Of a stretch of DNA of 62,018 nucleotides, positions 44,030 to 55,200 are shown piece after piece. The stretch is from NCBI GenBank assembly GCA_023392975.1, contig JAEWNA010000348.1, positions 1 through 62,018 on the forward strand. The letters are read 5' to 3'. Source of the DNA: Pseudomonadota bacterium (GTDB taxonomy: Bacteria; Pseudomonadota; Gammaproteobacteria; Xanthomonadales; Xanthomonadaceae). The number at the start of each line of letters is the position of its first letter. Position 1 is the stretch's first letter. The position numbers and the translations under genes are program-made. A model generated the notes under the pieces. It was not told the origin of the DNA. It searched no databases and worked only from the letters and a program-made list of their open reading frames with translations.

Positions 44030-44914
44030 TCAATCGAACGTTTCCACCGTCGCCAGCCGCAGTCCGGGCACCAGTTGCCCCGGCCAGTCGCGATCGTTCG
44101 CGACCTGCGCCTGCGCACGGCTGTCGGCGAGCGCCTGCGGGTCGCAATCGGCGCAGGCCCAGCCGCTGGCCCGATCGGTGATCGACAGCACGCCGTCGGC
44201 GGGCAGGCCGACGTCCATCGGTGCGTACAGCGTCGCTTCGCCGGTGTTGACGTCGAGCGCCGGACTCCACGGCGCCTCGCCCGCGGTCACCGCCTGCGCG
44301 ACGAACGCGCGGTTCTCGAGCGCGCGTGCGAGCGCCCCCGTGCGCACGCGAGTCGCGCCGGCGGCGGTGTCCGTGCAGCTCGGCACCAGCAGCAACCGTG
44401 CACCGGCCTCGCACTGGGCGCGCACCGGCAGCGGGAATTCGATGTCGTAGCAGATCGCGATGCCGATGCGCACGCCATCGAGCTCGAACACCTTCAGCGC
44501 ATCGCCGCCGTCGATCACGCCGGTCTGCTTCTCGAAGCCGGTGAGCTGCAGCTTGTCCTGCCACGCATGCCCGCCGTCCGCGGTGAACAGGTCGGCACGA
44601 TTGCGGAAACGGCCGTCGCCCGTGTCGAGCAGGAACGTGCCGGCGACGACATGCAGGTCGAGATCGCGAGCCAGACCGGAAAACAGGTCGCACCAGGCCG
44701 CGCGATGCGCCTGCAGCGCGGCGAGCGAGGCGTGGAGATCCCCGCGCACGTCCGGCGCGAAGGTCGCGCCGAGTTCCAGCGACAGGTACTCCGGCAACAC
44801 CGCGATGCGTGCGCCCAGCGCCGCGGCATCGCGCAGCCAGCGCGCCTGCTTGTCGGCGAAGTCGTCGAATCGCGCCGGCGCGTCGATCGGGTATTTGGCG
44901 GCGGCGACCTTCAC
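44030..44914 (-). CDS. Carbon-nitrogen hydrolase (nitrilase superfamily)
   Basis: E-K-C triad: LPEY, QDKLQLT, ICYDIEFP. GTGA overlap with the GNAT stop. Confidence 0.9.
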   Translation of the reverse strand: MKVAAAKYPIDAPARFDDFADKQARWLRDAAALGARIAVLPEYLSLELGATFAPDVRGDLHASLAALQAHRAAWCDLFSGLARDLDLHVVAGTFLLDTGDGRFRNRADLFTADGGHAWQDKLQLTGFEKQTGVIDGGDALKVFELDGVRIGIAICYDIEFPLPVRAQCEAGARLLLVPSCTDTAAGATRVRTGALARALENRAFVAQAVTAGEAPWSPALDVNTGEATLYAPMDVGLPADGVLSITDRASGWACADCDPQALADSRAQAQVANDRDWPGQLVPGLRLATVETFD

Positions 44915-45525
44915 GACGCGCGCCCCGGATCCAGCGGCCGCGTCCAGAAGGTCAGCGCATGCTCGACTTCGTGCTGGCCGGGCTCGTTCCAGTGCAGCCG
45001 GAGGGTCATGCCCGGCTGGCGCACGTAGCCGCGTTTCGTCCAGAACGCCTCGTTGCCGCGATGGCCGGGCGGGCGACGCGGGTCGTCGTCGGCGCGATCG
45101 ACCGCGCAGAAGGCGGTCGTCGCGAAGCGCCCGAGTGCGGCGGCGTGCGCTTCGCGATGGTCGAAGAACGCATGGCCGATGCCGCGGCCGCGATAGGCCG
45201 GCAGCAGCACCGATTCGCCGAAATAGAACACGCGATCGGCGTCGAGGCCGGCGGCATCGAACGGGGCGCGGAATTCCGCGGTGTCGTCGACCAGCGGCAG
45301 GCCGGTGGACGCGCCGACCACCGCATCGCCGTCGAAGGCGAGCACGCACACGCTGTCGGGCGAGGACACGTAAGCGTCGAGGTATTCGCGCTCGTAGGCC
45401 GGATCGCCCGCGTAGAGGTACGGCCAGTCGCGGAACACCGCGATGCGCAGCGCGGCGACCGCATCGAGGTGACGACGCATCCCGGCACCGGAACAGCGAA
45501 GGATCGTGAGGTCGGTCAGGGCCAT
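44911..45525 (-). CDS. GNAT-family N-acyltransferase
   Basis: VFRDWPYLY, FGESVLLPAYRGRGIG, FWTKRGY. Confidence 0.88.
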   Translation of the reverse strand: MALTDLTILRCSGAGMRRHLDAVAALRIAVFRDWPYLYAGDPAYEREYLDAYVSSPDSVCVLAFDGDAVVGASTGLPLVDDTAEFRAPFDAAGLDADRVFYFGESVLLPAYRGRGIGHAFFDHREAHAAALGRFATTAFCAVDRADDDPRRPPGHRGNEAFWTKRGYVRQPGMTLRLHWNEPGQHEVEHALTFWTRPLDPGRAS

Positions 45526-45610
45526 CCGCGGATTCTAGAGGCTGGCCCCGGACATGGCGACGCCGCGGGCGGACCCGCGGCGTCGTGTCACCTGATCCGG
45601 CGCCTGCCGG

Positions 45611-45919
45611 TCAGCGCCGGCCGTCGCTGCGCGCCATGCGCACCTCGCCGCGCCAATCGCCCAGCACCGCATAGTCGACGGTCGCCTCGCCCTCGACGTA
45701 GCGGTAGTCCAGGCGACAGCGGCCGCTGCCGGCGGGTTCCAGACGACCGCGGGTCATGCCGCGCGCCAGCAGGTCCTCGGTGACGATGGACCGGGCCTGC
45801 GTGTCCTGCAGGCCGCAGTCGCCGCGGAGCAGTTCGCCGTACAGCCGCCAGCTGGTCAGCGTCGCGGTGACGAGGAACAGCGTGAACAGCAAGGAGGCCG
45901 ACCGGAAGGTGGACATCAT
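45611..45919 (-). CDS. Small hypothetical membrane-anchored protein downstream of creD
   Basis: 102 aa, N-terminal hydrophobic helix, two Cys, GGAG RBS, 14 bp after the creD stop. Confidence 0.6.
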   Translation of the reverse strand: MMSTFRSASLLFTLFLVTATLTSWRLYGELLRGDCGLQDTQARSIVTEDLLARGMTRGRLEPAGSGRCRLDYRYVEGEATVDYAVLGDWRGEVRMARSDGRR

Positions 45920-45933
45920 CGCGGCGTCTCCGC

Positions 45934-47337
45934 TCAGGCCGCCGGGGTCGGCGGGGTGGGCGGCGACGGCGGCACGGTGCGCATCGGCATGGCGCTGCCC
46001 AGCGCGTACCAGTCGACCTTGCGGGTGACGACCATGATCGCGGCCAGGATGAGGAACAGCAGGCCCGCGCCGAGCACCATCGCGTTGTCCTCCGAGATCA
46101 GCAGCCCGTAGAGCACGCCGTAGAGCAGCGTCAGCATCGTCGCGAAACCGAAACCGCGCGTCCACGAGCGCAGCACGTGGCTGACGTAGTAGCCGAGCAG
46201 GCCGATGCAGGCGGCGCTGGCGGCCAGATAGGCCTGGCCGAACGGGACGTGTTCCGACAGCGCGACCAGCAGCAGGAAGAAGATCGCCAGCGCCAATCCG
46301 ACCAGCCCGTACTGCACCGGGTGGATGCGCAACTGCTTGATCAGCTCGAACATGAAGAAGCCGACGAAGGTCAGCAGCACGAACAGGATGCCGTACTTGG
46401 TGGCGCGGTCGGCCTGCGAGTAGATGTTGACCGGATCGACCAGCGACACCGAGACCACGTCCAGGCCGGTATCGCCCTCGCCGTCGCGGAAGCCGATCGC
46501 GCCCACGTTCGGCTGGGTCTTGCCGCCGAGGTACTGCGCCTGCGCGTTGGTCGCCAGCGCGGACACTTCCCACTCGCCGTGGAAGCCGCCGTCGGTGATC
46601 GACTGCTTGCGCGCGGTGAACGAGCCGTTGAACTGCGGGTGCGGCCACTTCGAATCCAGCACGATGCGATTGCGTTCGCCCAGCGGCGCGATCGCCAGCG
46701 TCTCGGTGCCTTCCAGCGAGAATTCCAGGTGCGTATCGAAGGTCATCGTGTCGCCGGCCTTCGGCGCCGCGAGGCGGGCATGCAGGCCGCTGCCCTCGCG
46801 TCCTCCGAGCCCGCGCGCCAGCGGGGTGTCGACCTCGTCGATGCGCAGTTTCTGCAGTCCCGCCAGCCCGCGCACGTCGCCGATGCCGTACATCAGCCAG
46901 GCACGACCGATCTTCCGCGGCAGTTCGGGAGTGTCGTCGGCGGGGATCTTCGCCGCGAACGCCGCGGTGGTGACGTCCTGCAGCTCGTAGCCGCGGACCT
47001 CGTGCAGGCCGATGAACTTGCTGCGCGGCAGGATCGTGCCCTTCACATCCATCGTGGTCGGGAAGAACACCCACTGGCCGGACTCGCCATCCTTCTTGAC
47101 CTTGCGGACGACCACGCCGTCCTTGTTCTTTTCCTCCACCTCGATCGTCTCGACGTAAGGCACGACGAGCACGGGGCCGACCAGCGACTGCGCGCCGGCG
47201 CTGGTGCGCGCGATCGAACGCACGGCTTCGTCGCGGTAGTACTGCCGCTCCTGGATGGTGCCGCGGATCATCATCAGCGGGACGAGGAGCAGGATGGTCA
47301 TGCCGACCACCATCAGGGTCTTGAAGATCAGGCGCAT
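45934..47337 (-). CDS. creD: Inner membrane protein CreD
   Basis: WPHPQFNG, RATKYGILF, IHPVQYGLVGLAL, TRKVDWY. Confidence 0.95.
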   Translation of the reverse strand: MRLIFKTLMVVGMTILLLVPLMMIRGTIQERQYYRDEAVRSIARTSAGAQSLVGPVLVVPYVETIEVEEKNKDGVVVRKVKKDGESGQWVFFPTTMDVKGTILPRSKFIGLHEVRGYELQDVTTAAFAAKIPADDTPELPRKIGRAWLMYGIGDVRGLAGLQKLRIDEVDTPLARGLGGREGSGLHARLAAPKAGDTMTFDTHLEFSLEGTETLAIAPLGERNRIVLDSKWPHPQFNGSFTARKQSITDGGFHGEWEVSALATNAQAQYLGGKTQPNVGAIGFRDGEGDTGLDVVSVSLVDPVNIYSQADRATKYGILFVLLTFVGFFMFELIKQLRIHPVQYGLVGLALAIFFLLLVALSEHVPFGQAYLAASAACIGLLGYYVSHVLRSWTRGFGFATMLTLLYGVLYGLLISEDNAMVLGAGLLFLILAAIMVVTRKVDWYALGSAMPMRTVPPSPPTPPTPAA

Positions 47338-47403
47338 CGCGGCCTCCGGGGTTGGGAACGCACCCAGTCTCGGAAGTCCACGGGGGGTGGCGATGGCGCT
47401 CGC

Positions 47404-47419
47404 GTGAAGCGAAGGTGAA
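47404..47419 (-). promoter_or_regulatory. cre-tag (CreB binding site)
   Basis: Exact TTCAC-N6-TTCAC (TTCACcttcgcTTCAC) on the minus strand, 66 bp upstream of creD. Confidence 0.85.
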
Positions 47420-47448
47420 GCCGTCCGCTTCGGGCGGACAGAACGCGC

Positions 47449-48900
47449 TCAGGCGATCGGCAGCAACAGCGAGGCGACGGCGCCGCCGTCCTCGCGATTG
47501 CCCAGCCGCGCCTCGCCGCCGTGCAGCTCTGCGGCCTCGACGACGAAACACAGCCCCAGGCCGCTGCTGCGGCTGCCGCCGGCGGGCCGGGCCAGCGAGT
47601 AGAACCGTTCGAACGCGCGATCCAGCGCGTAGTCCGGCACACCGGGGCCGCGATCCAGCACGTCGACGCGGACGCGATCGCCGTCGCGATGCAGCCGCAC
47701 CTCGACCACGCTGCCCGGCGGCGCGAAATCCGCCGCATTGTCCAGCAGGTTCAGCAGCGACTGCCGCAGCAGGAAGGCGTCGCCCGACACCCGCGCGGCG
47801 TCGTCCTCGGCGATCTCCAGCCGCAGCGATTTCTGCGCACATTTCGGCGCGATCCGCTCCGCCGCCTCGTCGACGATCGCGCGCAGGTCCAGCCGCTGCG
47901 GCTGCTCGATCCGCTGGCGGTGCTCGACCGCCGCCAGCGCCAGCAGCTTGTCGATCATCTCGGCCATGCGCTCGCTCTGCGCGTGGATGGTGGCGACGAA
48001 GCGCGCGCGGTCCGCCGCCGGCATGGTCTCGCCGGCGGAGTCCAGCAGCTCGGCGCTGCCACGGATCGCGGCCAGCGGGCTCTTCAGTTCGTGGGTCAGC
48101 GCGTGGACGTACTGCTCGACGTACTGCTTGCCTTCCAGCTTGGCGCGCATGGTCTCCAGCGCGCGGCCGAGATCGCCGAATTCGCCGGCGCTGTCGGGGG
48201 GGCTGGCGCGCTCGCCCGCGGTCACCGCATCGGCGTAGCGACGCAGCGCGCCGAGCTGGCGCGACAGCCACCACGCGGCGAGCAGGCCGATCGCCAGCGC
48301 CACGCCCAGCAGCACCCCGCCCCAGCGCAGGATCACGCCCTGGCTGCGGGCGATGAACGGCGCGATGGTCTGGTTGGGCTTGGCGACGGTGAGCACGCCG
48401 ACGATGCGGTCGCGGTCGCCGTCGCCGCTGCGCTGCTTGATCGGCGCGGCGACGTGCATCACCGACGAGGTCTCGTCGTCCGGATCGACCTGGGTCGAAC
48501 GCGCGCCGTACTTGCCGCGCAGGGTGAGATACACGTCGTTCCAGCGCGAATAGTCCTTGCCGACATCGCGGCCGTCGGAGTCGAACACCACGATGCCGCG
48601 GGCGTCGGTGACGTAGATGCGGGTGCTGACGCGCCGTTTTCGGAAACCCCAGATGTCGGCGCCGAGGTCGCGGTCGGTCAGCGCGCGCACGTGGGCGGCG
48701 AAGCGGCCGTCGTCGATGTGGCCGGCGAGCATGTCGTCCGCGGCCTGCTCCGCGAGCAGGTTGGCGGTGTCGACCAGCGTGTCCTCCATCGCCTGGCGCA
48801 CACCGGGCTTCACTTCCTGCAGGAACACGCGGCCCAGCAGCAGCGCCGCGATCGCGACGATCAGGAAGTAGCCGAGCAGGATGCGGAGGCCGATGCGCAT
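47449..48900 (-). CDS. creC: Sensor histidine kinase CreC
   Basis: EVKPGVRQAME, YSRWNDVYLTLRGKYGARST, LTHELKSPL. Confidence 0.95.
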   Translation of the reverse strand: MRIGLRILLGYFLIVAIAALLLGRVFLQEVKPGVRQAMEDTLVDTANLLAEQAADDMLAGHIDDGRFAAHVRALTDRDLGADIWGFRKRRVSTRIYVTDARGIVVFDSDGRDVGKDYSRWNDVYLTLRGKYGARSTQVDPDDETSSVMHVAAPIKQRSGDGDRDRIVGVLTVAKPNQTIAPFIARSQGVILRWGGVLLGVALAIGLLAAWWLSRQLGALRRYADAVTAGERASPPDSAGEFGDLGRALETMRAKLEGKQYVEQYVHALTHELKSPLAAIRGSAELLDSAGETMPAADRARFVATIHAQSERMAEMIDKLLALAAVEHRQRIEQPQRLDLRAIVDEAAERIAPKCAQKSLRLEIAEDDAARVSGDAFLLRQSLLNLLDNAADFAPPGSVVEVRLHRDGDRVRVDVLDRGPGVPDYALDRAFERFYSLARPAGGSRSSGLGLCFVVEAAELHGGEARLGNREDGGAVASLLLPIA

Positions 48901-48908
48901 GCGCCGGC

Positions 48909-49616
48909 TCAGCCTTCCCCGGTCTCGAGCGAATAACCGAGGCCGCGGTGGGTGCGGATCGGGTCGGCATCGGGCTGTCCTGCCGCCTCGTCCACGATGC
49001 GCAGCTTGCCGCGCACCGTCTTGACGTGGGTATCGACGGTGCGGTCGCCGCTGTCCAGCGCGTCGGCCCAGACCCTGTCCATCAGCTGCGCCCGCGACAG
49101 CACCGCGCCGGGACGCTGCAGCAGCGCTTCGAGCAGGCCGTATTCGTAGCGGGTGAGGTCCAGCGGGCGTTCGCGGTAGCGGATGCGGCGGCCTTCGCGG
49201 TCGATCGAGAACGTGCCGTGCGCGCGCCACGCGGTGGCGTCCGCCTGCGCGCGACGGCGCAGGCGCGCACGCACGCGGGCGACCAGTTCGCGCGGCGAGA
49301 AGGGCTTGACCACGTAGTCGTCGGCGCCGAGTTCCAGGCCGACGACGCGGTCGATCTCGCCGTCGCGGGCGGTGAGGAAGATCACCGGCACCTCGCTGAC
49401 GGCGCGGATCGCGCGGCAGACCTCGAAGCCGGTGGTGTCGGGCAGGCCCACGTCGAGCACGACCAGGTCGATGCCGCCCTGGCGCAGCCGCGGCAGCGTC
49501 GCGCCACCGACGGCGACATGCTCGGCCGCGAAGCCCTCGGCGCGCAGCGCGTAGAGCACGGTGTCGGCGATCGCGGTCTCGTCTTCGACGACGAGGATGG
49601 TGGAGGTCGCGCTCAT
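48909..49616 (-). CDS. creB: Response regulator CreB
   Basis: EDETAIADT, LDVGLPD, RTVDTHVKT, THRGLGY. Confidence 0.94.
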   Translation of the reverse strand: MSATSTILVVEDETAIADTVLYALRAEGFAAEHVAVGGATLPRLRQGGIDLVVLDVGLPDTTGFEVCRAIRAVSEVPVIFLTARDGEIDRVVGLELGADDYVVKPFSPRELVARVRARLRRRAQADATAWRAHGTFSIDREGRRIRYRERPLDLTRYEYGLLEALLQRPGAVLSRAQLMDRVWADALDSGDRTVDTHVKTVRGKLRIVDEAAGQPDADPIRTHRGLGYSLETGEG

Positions 49617-49717
49617 GGACGGACAGGCCGGAGGATGCCGGCATTGTAGGGCGTCCGCAGGGCCGGTTCGGCATCCCGTTTGGCATACCATGGCGGCCTC
49701 GCCCGTCCTGCCCGCGC

Positions 49718-50575
49718 ATGAACTACCGCCACGCCTTCCATGCCGGCAACCACGCCGACGCGCTCAAGCACGCCCTGCTGCTGGCGCTGTGCGATGCGCT
49801 GGTCGCCAAGCCGGCGCCGCTGTTCGCCCTCGACACCCACGCCGGCGCCGGCGTCTATGCGCTGGCCGGCGAAGCGGCGACGCGCACCGGCGAGGCGGTG
49901 GACGGCATCGGCCGGTTGCTGGCGGCACCACCCGCGGAGCCGGGCGTCGCGCGCTACCTCGACGCCGTGCGCGCCTGCCGCGCGGCCTGCGGTGAGGACG
50001 CCTATCCCGGCTCGCCGTGGCTGCTGGCGCACGCGCTGCGCGCGCAGGACAGGATCGCCTGCTGCGAACTGCGCGAGGACGATGCGGCGCTGCTGAAGCA
50101 GGCGCTCGGTGCGGACCCGCGCGTCGGCGTGCACCTGCGCGACGGCTACGCGGCGATGCGCGCGCTGCTGCCGCCGAAGGTCGACGGGCAGAAGATCGGT
50201 CGCGGCCTGGTGCTGATCGACCCGCCCTACGAGGCCCAGCTCGCCGAATTCGACACCGCCCTCGCCGCGATCCGCGACGGTCTCGCCCGCTGGCCGCAGG
50301 CGGTGGTCGCGCTGTGGTATCCGATCAAGCGGCGCAGCGCGCTGATGCCGTTCCTGCGCGCCGCCGCCGCGCTGGACGCGAAGTCGGCGCTGGTCTGCGA
50401 GTTGCTGGTGCGACCCGACGATTCGCCGCTGCGCATGAACGGCAGCGGCCTGCTGGTGCTCAATGCGCCGTGGCGGTTCGATGCGGCCGCCGGCGCCATC
50501 GCCGAGACCCTGCGCGATGTGCTGGGCGAGGCCGGCGCCTCGACGCGCACGGAATGGCTGCGCGCGCCCGCCTGA
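49718..50575 (+). CDS. rlmJ: 23S rRNA m6A2030 methyltransferase
   Basis: MNYRHAFHAGNHAD, YPGSP, IDPPYE. Confidence 0.96.
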   Translation: MNYRHAFHAGNHADALKHALLLALCDALVAKPAPLFALDTHAGAGVYALAGEAATRTGEAVDGIGRLLAAPPAEPGVARYLDAVRACRAACGEDAYPGSPWLLAHALRAQDRIACCELREDDAALLKQALGADPRVGVHLRDGYAAMRALLPPKVDGQKIGRGLVLIDPPYEAQLAEFDTALAAIRDGLARWPQAVVALWYPIKRRSALMPFLRAAAALDAKSALVCELLVRPDDSPLRMNGSGLLVLNAPWRFDAAAGAIAETLRDVLGEAGASTRTEWLRAPA

Positions 50576-50587
50576 GGCCGTTCCGGG

Positions 50588-51502
50588 TCAGTCGCCGGAA
50601 CGGCTGTCCGGCTCGAAGAAGCTCCAGCGCACTTCCGGGAAGCGCTGCTTCACCGCACGCTCGACCCGGTTGATCGCCTCGATCAGCGCGTCGGCGCTGT
50701 CCGCCGGGGCCATCTCCGCCTGCACCGACAGCATCACCTCGTTGCCGAGCTGCAGCGTGATCAGGCTGATCACCCCGGCGACTTCAGGACGGGCGGCGAT
50801 GAAGGCACGGACTTCCTGCTCGCGGTCCGGGTCCATGCTCTGGCCGATCAGCAACGCCTTGACCTCGACCGCGACGAAGATCGCGACCACCACCAGCAGC
50901 AGGCCGATGGCGAGGGTACCGATGGCGTCCCAGATCGGATCGCCGGTGACCACGCTGAGCACTACCGCCACAAGGGCCAGCGCGAGGCCGATCAGCGCGG
51001 CGAGGTCCTCGCCGAAGATCACGACCAGTTCGGCCTGCCGGCTCTCGCGGAACCACTGCCACAGCGAGCGGTCGCCGCGCGCCTTCTTCACTTCCTGCAG
51101 GCAGGCCCGCATCGACATGCCTTCGGCGAGGAGGCCGAACACCAGCACGCCGACCGCCCACCACCACTGCTGCAGCGGCTCGGGGTGCTGCAGCTTGTGC
51201 AGGCCCTCGTAGACCGAGTACATGCCGCCGACGCTGAACAGCATCAGCGCCACCAGGAACGACCAGAAATAGATCGCCTTGCCGTAGCCCAGCGGGTAAT
51301 CGGCGGTCGGCCCGCGCCGCGACTGCTTCACGCCCAGCATCAGCAGCAGCTGGTTGCCGCAGTCGGCGAAGGAGTGGACGGTCTCGGCCAGCATCGCCCC
51401 GGAGCCGGTGAAGAAGGCCGCGACGCCCTTGGCGCAGGCGATGGCGAAGTTGGCGCCTAACGCAAAGAGGATCGCGCGGGTGGAGTCGCCGCCGGCGGAC
51501 AT
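50588..51502 (-). CDS. Cation diffusion facilitator family transporter
   Basis: AETVHSFADCGNQ, YPLGYG, EDLAA, WDA. Confidence 0.9.
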   Translation of the reverse strand: MSAGGDSTRAILFALGANFAIACAKGVAAFFTGSGAMLAETVHSFADCGNQLLLMLGVKQSRRGPTADYPLGYGKAIYFWSFLVALMLFSVGGMYSVYEGLHKLQHPEPLQQWWWAVGVLVFGLLAEGMSMRACLQEVKKARGDRSLWQWFRESRQAELVVIFGEDLAALIGLALALVAVVLSVVTGDPIWDAIGTLAIGLLLVVVAIFVAVEVKALLIGQSMDPDREQEVRAFIAARPEVAGVISLITLQLGNEVMLSVQAEMAPADSADALIEAINRVERAVKQRFPEVRWSFFEPDSRSGD

Positions 51503-51638
51503 CGGTATTTCCCTGGTGGACACGAATCGGCAAGTTTAACAGGCACTTGCCGGTCTCCGGAGGGCGCGCGTGGCCGCAACTGGCCCGGCGGCCGACGGCC
51601 GGGGCGTTCCTTCATCCGGGCTGTGCGAAGATGCGACC

Positions 51639-52202
51639 GTGAAGCGCGATCGCCTCCCGCCCTGGCACGAGTACAAGCGGCTGCTCGACGGTCGGGAGTT
51701 GCTCATCCGGCCGATCCGTCCCGAGGACGCCGAGCCGCTGCGGGCCGGGTTCTCGCTGCTGCGCCCGGACGAGGTCCGCCAGCGGTTCCTGTACGCGATC
51801 AAGGAACTGACCCCCGACACCGCCGCCCGCCTGACCCGGCCCGACCCCGAGCGCGAGTTCGCGCTGGTTGCGGCCGAGCCGCTGCCGCCCGGCGAGGCGC
51901 TGATCGGCGCGGTGGCCCGGGTCGCGATCGCGCCCGGCACCCGCGACGCCGAATTCGCGATCCTGGTCAGCCACTTCATCAGCGGCATGGGGCTAGGCCG
52001 GCTGCTGATGCTGCGCCTCGTGCGCTGGGCACGGCGCAAGCAGCTCAAGCGCCTCTACGGCGAGGTGCTGGAGCACAACACCGCGATGCTGAGCCTGGCC
52101 CACTCGCTGGGCTTCCGCCGCGAAACCGCCGACACGCCCGGGCTGGTGCACGTGGTGCTGGAGCTGAAAGCCGCCGGACCGGCATCCGCCACCCGGCGCT
52201 GA
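51639..52202 (+). CDS. GNAT-family acetyltransferase (Pat C-terminal-like)
   Basis: IRPIRPED, AEFAILV, GMGLG, NTAML..LGF. GTG start inferred. Confidence 0.85.
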   Translation: MKRDRLPPWHEYKRLLDGRELLIRPIRPEDAEPLRAGFSLLRPDEVRQRFLYAIKELTPDTAARLTRPDPEREFALVAAEPLPPGEALIGAVARVAIAPGTRDAEFAILVSHFISGMGLGRLLMLRLVRWARRKQLKRLYGEVLEHNTAMLSLAHSLGFRRETADTPGLVHVVLELKAAGPASATRR

Positions 52203-52251
52203 GCGCCATGCGTCGCGTGTCACACCCGATCGGCATTGCGCCGCGCACGGG

Positions 52252-55200
52252 ATGACGCGCCCTCCCCGCGGGGCTACCCTAGCCGGCCCGCTGTACCCGC
52301 TTCCGATCGTGTCCTCCGACGCTTTTCCCACCTCCCTGCTGCCCCGTTCCGGCCAGTCCCGCGCCTGGTGGCGCGCACCCGCCAGCGCCAGCGCGCTCGC
52401 GTGGACGATCGCGCGCGTCGCGCGCACGCACGCCGGGCCGCTGCTGGCGGTGATGCGCGACAACCAGTCCGCGCACCAGCTCGAACAGGACCTGCGCACG
52501 TTCGTCGGCGGCGACGACGCGCTGCCGGTGCTGCTGTTCCCGGACTGGGAAACCCTGCCCTACGACCGCTTCAGCCCGCATCCGGACATCGTCTCCCAGC
52601 GACTGGCCGCGCTGCACCGCATGCCGACGCTGCACCGCGGCGTGATCGTGGTGCCGGTCCAGACCCTGATGCAGCGGCTGGCGCCGCTGTCGCACCTGGT
52701 CGGCGGCAGTTTCGACGTCAAGGTCGGCCAGCGGCTGGACATGGATGCGGAGAAACGACGCCTCGAAGGCGCGGGCTACCGCAACGTGCCGCAGGTGTTC
52801 GACCCCGGCGATTTCGCGGTGCGCGGCGGCCTGCTCGACGTGTATCCGATGGGTGCGGACGAGCCCTACCGGATCGAGCTGCTCGACGACGAGATCGAAT
52901 CGATCCGCGCCTTCGACCCGGAATCGCAGCGTTCGCTTGAAAAATACGACTCGGTGCAGATGCTGCCGGGACGCGAACTGCCGCTGGAAGGCGATGCGCT
53001 GCAGCGTGCGCTGGACGCACTGCGCGACCGCTTCGACATCGACACCCGGCGCAGCGCGCTGTTCCAGGACCTGAAGGCGGGACTGGCGCCGGCCGGCATC
53101 GAGTACTACCTGCCCCTGTTCTTCGAGAAGACCGCGACCCTCTTCGACTACCTCGGCGACACCGCGCTGCCGGTGCTCGGCGAAGGCGTGGCCGAGGCGG
53201 CCGATCACTTCTGGCGCACGACCGGCGAGCGCTACGAGCAGCGCCGGCACGACATCGAACATCCGCTGCTGCCACCGGACGCGCTGTACCTGCCGCCGGA
53301 GACGCTGCGCGAACGCCTGAACCAGGGACACCGCGTCGAAGTCTGCGGCGACACGCATCCGCGCCGCGACGAGGCGCTGCCGCTGGGCGTGCAGCCGGCG
53401 CCCGAGCTGCCGCTGATGGTCAAGGACGCGGCGCCGGCGGCGGCGCTGCAGTCGCTGCTGGGCAGTTACCCCGGCCGCGTGCTGATCGCCTCGGACTCGG
53501 CCGGCCGTCGCGAGGCGCTGCTGGAGACGCTGCACAGCGCCGGCCTGCAGCCGCGGACGATCGCCGGCTTCCCCGACTTCCTCGCCGCGACGAACGCGGA
53601 TGCGCAGCTGTGCATCGGGGTGGCGCCGCTGGACGATGGTTTCGGCGTGGATACCGACGCCGACCCGGGCGCGCCGTGGCTGATCGTCACCGAGCGCCAG
53701 TTCTTCCCCGAGCGCGCCTCGCAGCCGCGCCGCCGTCGCCGTACCGGACGCGAGCCCGAGGCGATCATCCGCGACCTCGGCGAGCTGAGCGAAGGCGCGC
53801 CGGTCGTGCACGAGGATCACGGCGTCGGTCGCTATCGCGGCCTGGTGACGCTGGAGGCCGGCGGCCAGCGCGGCGAATACCTCGAGATCGAATACGCCAA
53901 GGGCGACCGGCTGTACGTGCCGGTGACGCAGCTGCACCTGGTGAGCCGCTACAGCGGTGCCTCGCCGGACACCGCGCCGCTGCATTCGCTGGGCGGCGAG
54001 GCCTGGAGCAGGGCCAAGCGCAAGGCCGCGGAGAAGGTCCGCGACGTCGCCGCGGAACTGCTGGAGATCCAGGCCAAGCGCCACGCGCGCGCCGGGTTGG
54101 CGCTCGACGTCGACCGCGGCGTCTACGAGCCGTTCGCGGCCACTTTCCCGTTCGAGGAAACGCCGGACCAGCTCGCCGCGATCGAAGCCGTGCTGCGCGA
54201 CCTGTCGTCGTCGCGGCCGATGGACCGCGTGGTCTGCGGCGACGTCGGCTTCGGCAAGACCGAGGTCGCCGTGCGCGCCGCGTTCGCCGCGGCCGTGGCG
54301 GGCAAGCAGGTCGCGGTGCTGGTGCCGACGACGCTGCTGGCCGAGCAGCACTACCGCAATTTCCGCGACCGCTTCGCCGACTGGCCGCTGAAGGTCGAGG
54401 TGCTGTCGCGCTTCAAGTCGACCAAGGAAATCAAGGCCGAGCTGGAGAAGGTCGCGGACGGCCGTATCGACGTGATCGTCGGCACCCATCGCCTGCTGCA
54501 GCCGGACGTGAAGTTCAAGGACCTCGGTCTGGTCATCGTCGACGAGGAACAGCGCTTCGGCGTGCGCCAGAAGGAAGCGCTGAAGGCGCTGCGCGCCGAC
54601 GTGCACCTGCTCACGCTCACCGCCACGCCCATTCCGCGCACGCTCAACATGGCGATGACCGGCCTGCGCGACCTGTCGATCATCGCCACGCCGCCGCCGA
54701 ACCGGCTGGCGGTGCAGACCTTCGTCGTGCCATGGGACGACGCGCAGCTGCGCGAGGCCTTCCAGCGCGAGCTCTCCCGCGGCGGACAGGCCTATTTCCT
54801 GCACAACGACGTCGAGAGCATCGGCCGCATGCAGCGCGAGCTGGAGGCGCTGGTACCGGAGGCGCGGATCGGCATCGCCCACGGCCAGATGCCGGAACGC
54901 GAGCTGGAGAAGGTGATGCTCGATTTCCACAAGCAGCGCTTCAACGTGCTGCTGTGCTCGACGATCATCGAGTCCGGCATCGACATCCCCAACGCCAACA
55001 CCATCATCATCAACCGCGCCGACAAGTTCGGCCTGGCGCAGCTGCACCAGCTGCGCGGGCGCGTCGGCCGTTCGCACCACCGCGCTTACGCCTACCTGGT
55101 GATCCCGGACGCACGCAGCATCACCGCCGACGCGAAGAAGCGGCTGGAAGCGATCGCATCGATGGACGAACTCGGTGCCGGCTTCACGCTCTCGACCCAC

